47,531 nucleotides of DNA from Chthoniobacterales bacterium (GTDB taxonomy: Bacteria; Verrucomicrobiota; Verrucomicrobiia; Chthoniobacterales; JAFAMB01): contig DASUWQ010000452.1 in assembly GCA_036378375.1 (NCBI GenBank), forward strand, positions 1-47,531. Reading direction: 5' to 3'. The notes below the pieces were generated by a model. That model saw only the letters and a list, made by a program, of their open reading frames with translations. It made no database searches and was not told the DNA's origin. Positions within the stretch are counted from its first letter, which is position 1, and each line of letters begins with the position of its first letter. Shown here in pieces: positions 44,132 to 47,531 of the stretch. The position numbers and the translations under genes are program-made.

Positions 44132-44407
44132 CTGGAGGGGAGCCGCTTTAGTACGTACCCGACGACCTCGCATATTCTTCCCAGAGCGAGGAAGGCCAAA
44201 ACAAGGTGTTAAACAGGCGGCTCCCGATAACTACCCATGACGATGTTTAGCCACCGGTTGGTTTGAAGTCTATTTCGCGCTCAAGAGGCAAACCACGCGT
44301 GGAGACGTTCGCGGGAGCCGCCTGTTTAACACCATGTGTGGCCACAGGCGCTTCGGTCGAAAAATAGCGAGGTTTTTTGGGTGCGATCCAAAGCGGCTCC
44401 CCTCCAG
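44132..44407. repeat. about 275-bp nested palindrome (outer 18-bp and inner 22-bp perfect inverted repeats)
   Basis: The outer pair is ctggaggggagccgcttt (44132-44149) and aaagcggctcccctccag (44390-44407). The inner pair is ggtgttaaacaggcggctcccg (44205-44226) and cgggagccgcctgtttaacacc (44312-44333). The sequence between also partly pairs. Confidence 0.9.
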
Positions 44408-44477
44408 TCCGCGGCACACACCCGGTTGATGCTGGCCAAGCCGTCTCGCCTTTGACAGACGAACAGGATCTGTTGCT

Positions 44478-45734
44478 ATGGCTGACAAGAATGATCAAAA
44501 GGACCACGGATCCACCGATGATCAGAAAAAGCCGAAGACCAAGCGTGGACGGCGTTTTTGGATTATCGGCGGATTAGTCGTTCTGTTTGTTAGTGCCGGC
44601 CTGATTTATCTGGGTTATTGGGTCTTCATTGCTCGATTCAACGTTGGAACCGATGACGCTTACGTCCACGGCAACCAAGTCGCGATTACGCCGCAGATTA
44701 GCGGGATCGTTGCCTCAGTGGAAGCGGACGATACCCAACTGGTGCAACGTGGACAGGTCTTGGTTCGTTTGGACCAAAACGACGCTCAGGTCGCGCTTGC
44801 CCAGGCAAAAGCCCAACTCGGACAGGCCGTCCGGCAAGTCCGGCAGCTTTATCAACAGGAAATTGAACAGAAAGCCGCCATCGCTCAACGGACCCACGAT
44901 CTTGATTTGGCGACGCAGGACTACAATCGCTATAAAGATCTGGTTAATCGCAACACCATCGCGGTTCAGCAGTTTGAGCATTCCAAGACAACCTGGGAGA
45001 CAGCGAAGGACGCTCTGCGTCAAGCAACGGATACGCTGAAAGGTCTCGAGACTCAGACTGATTTTGCCGATCTGCGACACCAGCCAAATGTCGCTCTCGC
45101 GATATCCAATCTCCGCCGGGCCTATATCGATCTGGAGCGAACCACCGTGGTGGCGCCGGTCACGGGTTACGTTGCTCAGCGGACGGTTCAGGTTGGCCAG
45201 CAAGTCGCGCCCGGGACAGCTCTTTTAGCAATTATACCTGAGGATCAAATGTGGGTAGAGGCTAACTTCAAGGAAACTCAGCTCGGATCGGTTCGGATCG
45301 GACAGCCCGCCACGGTGCACTCCGACTTTTACAAAGGCGCGGTTGAATACCATGGCCGTGTGGTTGGCATACTCTCAGGCACCGGTGATGTATTCCAGCT
45401 TTTACCGCCGCAGAACGCGACCGGTAACTGGATCAAAATTGTCCGGCGAGTACCGGTTAGAATTGCGCTCGATCAAGAACAGATGAGGCAGCACCCTTTG
45501 CGCCTCGGGCTTTCGGTGGAGGCATCCGTTGATATTCATCATGTAGATGGACCCGCGTTAGCCGAGACGTCTTCGCAAAAACCATTGTATCAGACCGATG
45601 TCTATGCCGATCAGGGCGGCAAGGTAGACGCTCTGATCGATGAGACCATTCGGGAGAACGGAGGGGATCAATCGCCAACCGCTACTCCGGACTCCCTGTC
45701 ACAAGTACCGGACCATGGCGAACAGCAACACTAA
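44478..45734 (+). CDS. emrA: HlyD/EmrA-family membrane fusion protein of an MFS efflux pump
   Basis: N-terminal TM (FWIIGGLVVLFVSAGLIYLGYWVF), TDDAYVHGN, a long coiled-coil hairpin, TVVAPVTGYVAQR and the beta-barrel (VHSDFY...GRVVGI). It overlaps the downstream pump gene by 20 nt. Confidence 0.85.
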   Translation: MADKNDQKDHGSTDDQKKPKTKRGRRFWIIGGLVVLFVSAGLIYLGYWVFIARFNVGTDDAYVHGNQVAITPQISGIVASVEADDTQLVQRGQVLVRLDQNDAQVALAQAKAQLGQAVRQVRQLYQQEIEQKAAIAQRTHDLDLATQDYNRYKDLVNRNTIAVQQFEHSKTTWETAKDALRQATDTLKGLETQTDFADLRHQPNVALAISNLRRAYIDLERTTVVAPVTGYVAQRTVQVGQQVAPGTALLAIIPEDQMWVEANFKETQLGSVRIGQPATVHSDFYKGAVEYHGRVVGILSGTGDVFQLLPPQNATGNWIKIVRRVPVRIALDQEQMRQHPLRLGLSVEASVDIHHVDGPALAETSSQKPLYQTDVYADQGGKVDALIDETIRENGGDQSPTATPDSLSQVPDHGEQQH

Positions 45735-47256
45735 TGAGCCGCTGCCGGTGGTCCAAAGAGCCATCGTGACTCTCGGGTTGGCGCTAGGCGTCTTCATGAA
45801 CGTCTTGGACGTCTCAATTGCCAACGTCTCCATCCCCACTATCTCCGGCGATCTGGGAGTAAGCTCGGATGACGGCACCTGGATCATTACCTCGTTTTCT
45901 GTAGCGAATGCAGTGGCAGTCCCGATCTCCGGCTGGCTCGCGCGTCAGATTGGCGAAGTCCGCCTCTTTGTTATTTCTACTCTCCTATTCACTCTATTTT
46001 CGGTCGTATGTGGGTTCTCCTTCAGTTTTCCGATGTTGCTGGTAGCTCGGGTATTACAAGGCGCTACCGCAGGGCCGATGATCCCTTTGTCACAGAGCTT
46101 GTTGCTCCCGAACTACCCGGAAAATCAACGCGGATTGGCTAACGGGATCTGGGGTATGACGGCGGTGGTTGGCCCCGTGGCTGGTCCCATTCTGGGTGGC
46201 TGGATTACCGATAACATCAGTTGGTCTTGGATCTTTTATATCAACTTGCCATTTGGTATTCTTGCCGCCGCGCTCACCTGGTTCATTTTACGCCGGCGCG
46301 AGACACCGAAAGCATCTTCGTCATTAGACATGATTGGATTGGCCTTGCTGCTAATTGGTGTCACCGCTTTGCAGGTGATGCTCGACAAAGGAAACGACGA
46401 GGAATGGTTCCAATCGCCGTTCATTATCATCAATTTTATCATTGCGGTCATCGGCTTCGCCTTCTTCATCGCTTGGGAATTGACCGAGAAGCGTCCGATT
46501 GTTGATTTGCGTTTGTTGGGACAAAGGAATTTTGCCGTCGCCTGTATCATTATTTTCTTCGGCTACATGTCCTATTTCGCTCCGGTTGTGGTGTTACCGC
46601 TCTGGTTGCAGAATCAACAGGGCTACACACCGACCTGGGCGGGATTTGCTACGGCTTCATTCGGCGTCTTAGGCGTAGTCGCGTCGCCCCTGGTTGGCCG
46701 GCTGGTTGATAAGATCGATCTGCGCTGGATTGTCAGCGCCGGTTTAGGGACTTTCGCGATCACTTCTTTGTTGGGTGCGTTCAATAACACCGAAGTGAAT
46801 TTTAATCTTCTGTTTTTGGAGCGCCTCCCCTGGGGGGTGGGGACCGCCTGTTTCTTCATTCCCCTCATCACGCTGGCGATGTCGGGCATCTCTCCCGAAA
46901 AACTGGCGGGAGCTTCCGGTATTTTCAATTTCTTACGCCAAATCTCACTGAGTTTCGGAACTAACCTGGGTACGACGATCTGGGATCATCGAGCGACCTT
47001 TCATGATCACCGGCTCAATGCCGAGGTCACTCTGTATAACCCTGCGACTCATGACTGGCTAAATCATATCCAGTCTCTAGGGTTCACTGCCAGTCAGGCC
47101 AATCAAAGCTTGGCTAACGCCATCCAAAACCAGGCTTATGTACTGGCCACTAACGATGTCGCCTGGGGCTCAATCTGGATATTCGCGATTCTGATCGGTG
47201 TCATTTGGCTCGCTCGCCCGGCCAAGAAGGGCGCCGGCCAAGTTGCGGCTGAGTGA
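45715..47256 (+). CDS. emrB: DHA2 (EmrB/QacA) family 14-TMS MFS multidrug efflux transporter
   Basis: ATG at 45715 (MANSNTNEPLP...). Contains FMNVLDVSIANVSIPTISGDLG, WLARQIGEVRLF and RVLQGATAGPMIPLSQSLL, which are typical of EmrB. Confidence 0.9.
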   Translation: MANSNTNEPLPVVQRAIVTLGLALGVFMNVLDVSIANVSIPTISGDLGVSSDDGTWIITSFSVANAVAVPISGWLARQIGEVRLFVISTLLFTLFSVVCGFSFSFPMLLVARVLQGATAGPMIPLSQSLLLPNYPENQRGLANGIWGMTAVVGPVAGPILGGWITDNISWSWIFYINLPFGILAAALTWFILRRRETPKASSSLDMIGLALLLIGVTALQVMLDKGNDEEWFQSPFIIINFIIAVIGFAFFIAWELTEKRPIVDLRLLGQRNFAVACIIIFFGYMSYFAPVVVLPLWLQNQQGYTPTWAGFATASFGVLGVVASPLVGRLVDKIDLRWIVSAGLGTFAITSLLGAFNNTEVNFNLLFLERLPWGVGTACFFIPLITLAMSGISPEKLAGASGIFNFLRQISLSFGTNLGTTIWDHRATFHDHRLNAEVTLYNPATHDWLNHIQSLGFTASQANQSLANAIQNQAYVLATNDVAWGSIWIFAILIGVIWLARPAKKGAGQVAAE

Positions 47257-47531
47257 GTAAGCAGTAAGCAGTGAAAGGTGAAAGGTGATCGACCATGAAT
47301 TGGTCTCAGCTCCGTAGGAGCGGAATCTTTATAGCCACGATTAGAATAAACGCGGTTAGCTCCGTTAGGAGCGACATCTTCGCTCGAACCCGGGATACGC
47401 TCGGCAAACATCACCTCTCGATGTCGCTCCTACGGAGCTGATCCCGTTTTTTATAGCCGTATCTATAAAGATGTCGCTCCTACGGAGCTGAGACCAATTC
47501 ATGGTCGATCACCTTTCACCTTTCACTGCTT
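47257..47531. repeat. compound palindrome (at least 275 bp; runs to the window edge) made of heptamer arrays plus four REP-A units
   Basis: The left outer arm (from 47265) is aagcagtgaaaggtgaaaggtgatcgaccatgaattggtctcagctccgtaggagcggaatctttatag. The right arm is its reverse complement with 2 mismatches over about 66 nt. REP-A cores lie at 47309, 47359 (both one orientation) and 47426, 47476 (opposite orientation). The centre is at cccggg, about 47390. Confidence 0.9.

Noticed and set aside
43784-44173. 129-aa Gly-rich minus-strand ORF (GSGGTGTGVGLVGTGPGIGS...).
   Set aside because: It is the antisense of the Pro-rich frame in a CCN/GGN-biased low-complexity tract. The heptamer-array orientation rule favours the plus strand. 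Neither reading is well supported.
19981-47291. The possibility that the short tandem arrays (7-, 6- and 9-nt units) represent CRISPR-like arrays.
   Set aside because: The units are contiguous, with no unique spacers, and are far shorter than CRISPR repeats. No cas genes are present.

Overview
This is a 47.5-kb, moderately GC-rich chromosomal segment. By eye I found no rRNA or tRNA genes, no transposase, integrase or phage genes, and no CRISPR array. I call about 47 protein-coding genes. Two of them are absent from the ORF track: a glycosyltransferase that runs off the left edge, and a 47-aa lmo0937-type membrane protein. Gene content is dominated by general-stress or dormancy-type functions: CsbD, YghA/YdaD-like SDR, DJ-1/PfpI, DUF892 (YciE/F-like), a YqjD/YqjE/YqjK-like operon, YihY, dodecin, DUF4142, cupin and SurE. 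There are also DNA/RNA end-repair enzymes (stand-alone LigD polymerase domain, UdgX-like glycosylase, ThpR), transporters (Nramp-related, MFS, EmrAB) and signalling proteins. The most system-like locus is a co-directional trio at 28260-33846: a CheB-CheR-PAS fusion, a PAS/HisKA_3 kinase and a REC-less CheB with a zinc ribbon. No MCP, CheA, CheW or cognate response regulator lies nearby. The most unusual sequence-level signal is non-coding. Almost every intergenic gap carries short tandem arrays (7-, 6- and 9-nt units) or compound nested palindromes of roughly 110-280 bp. One heptamer family sits on or just after stop codons, always in the same orientation relative to the gene, and each unit carries a stop triplet. 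Two paralogous small ribbon-helix-helix-like proteins (13133-13411 and 25515-25814) are a further uncharacterised element. The repeat families give an impression of a soil Verrucomicrobiota-like genome, but this cannot be established from the window. All functional calls come from motif recognition by eye; no database search was run.
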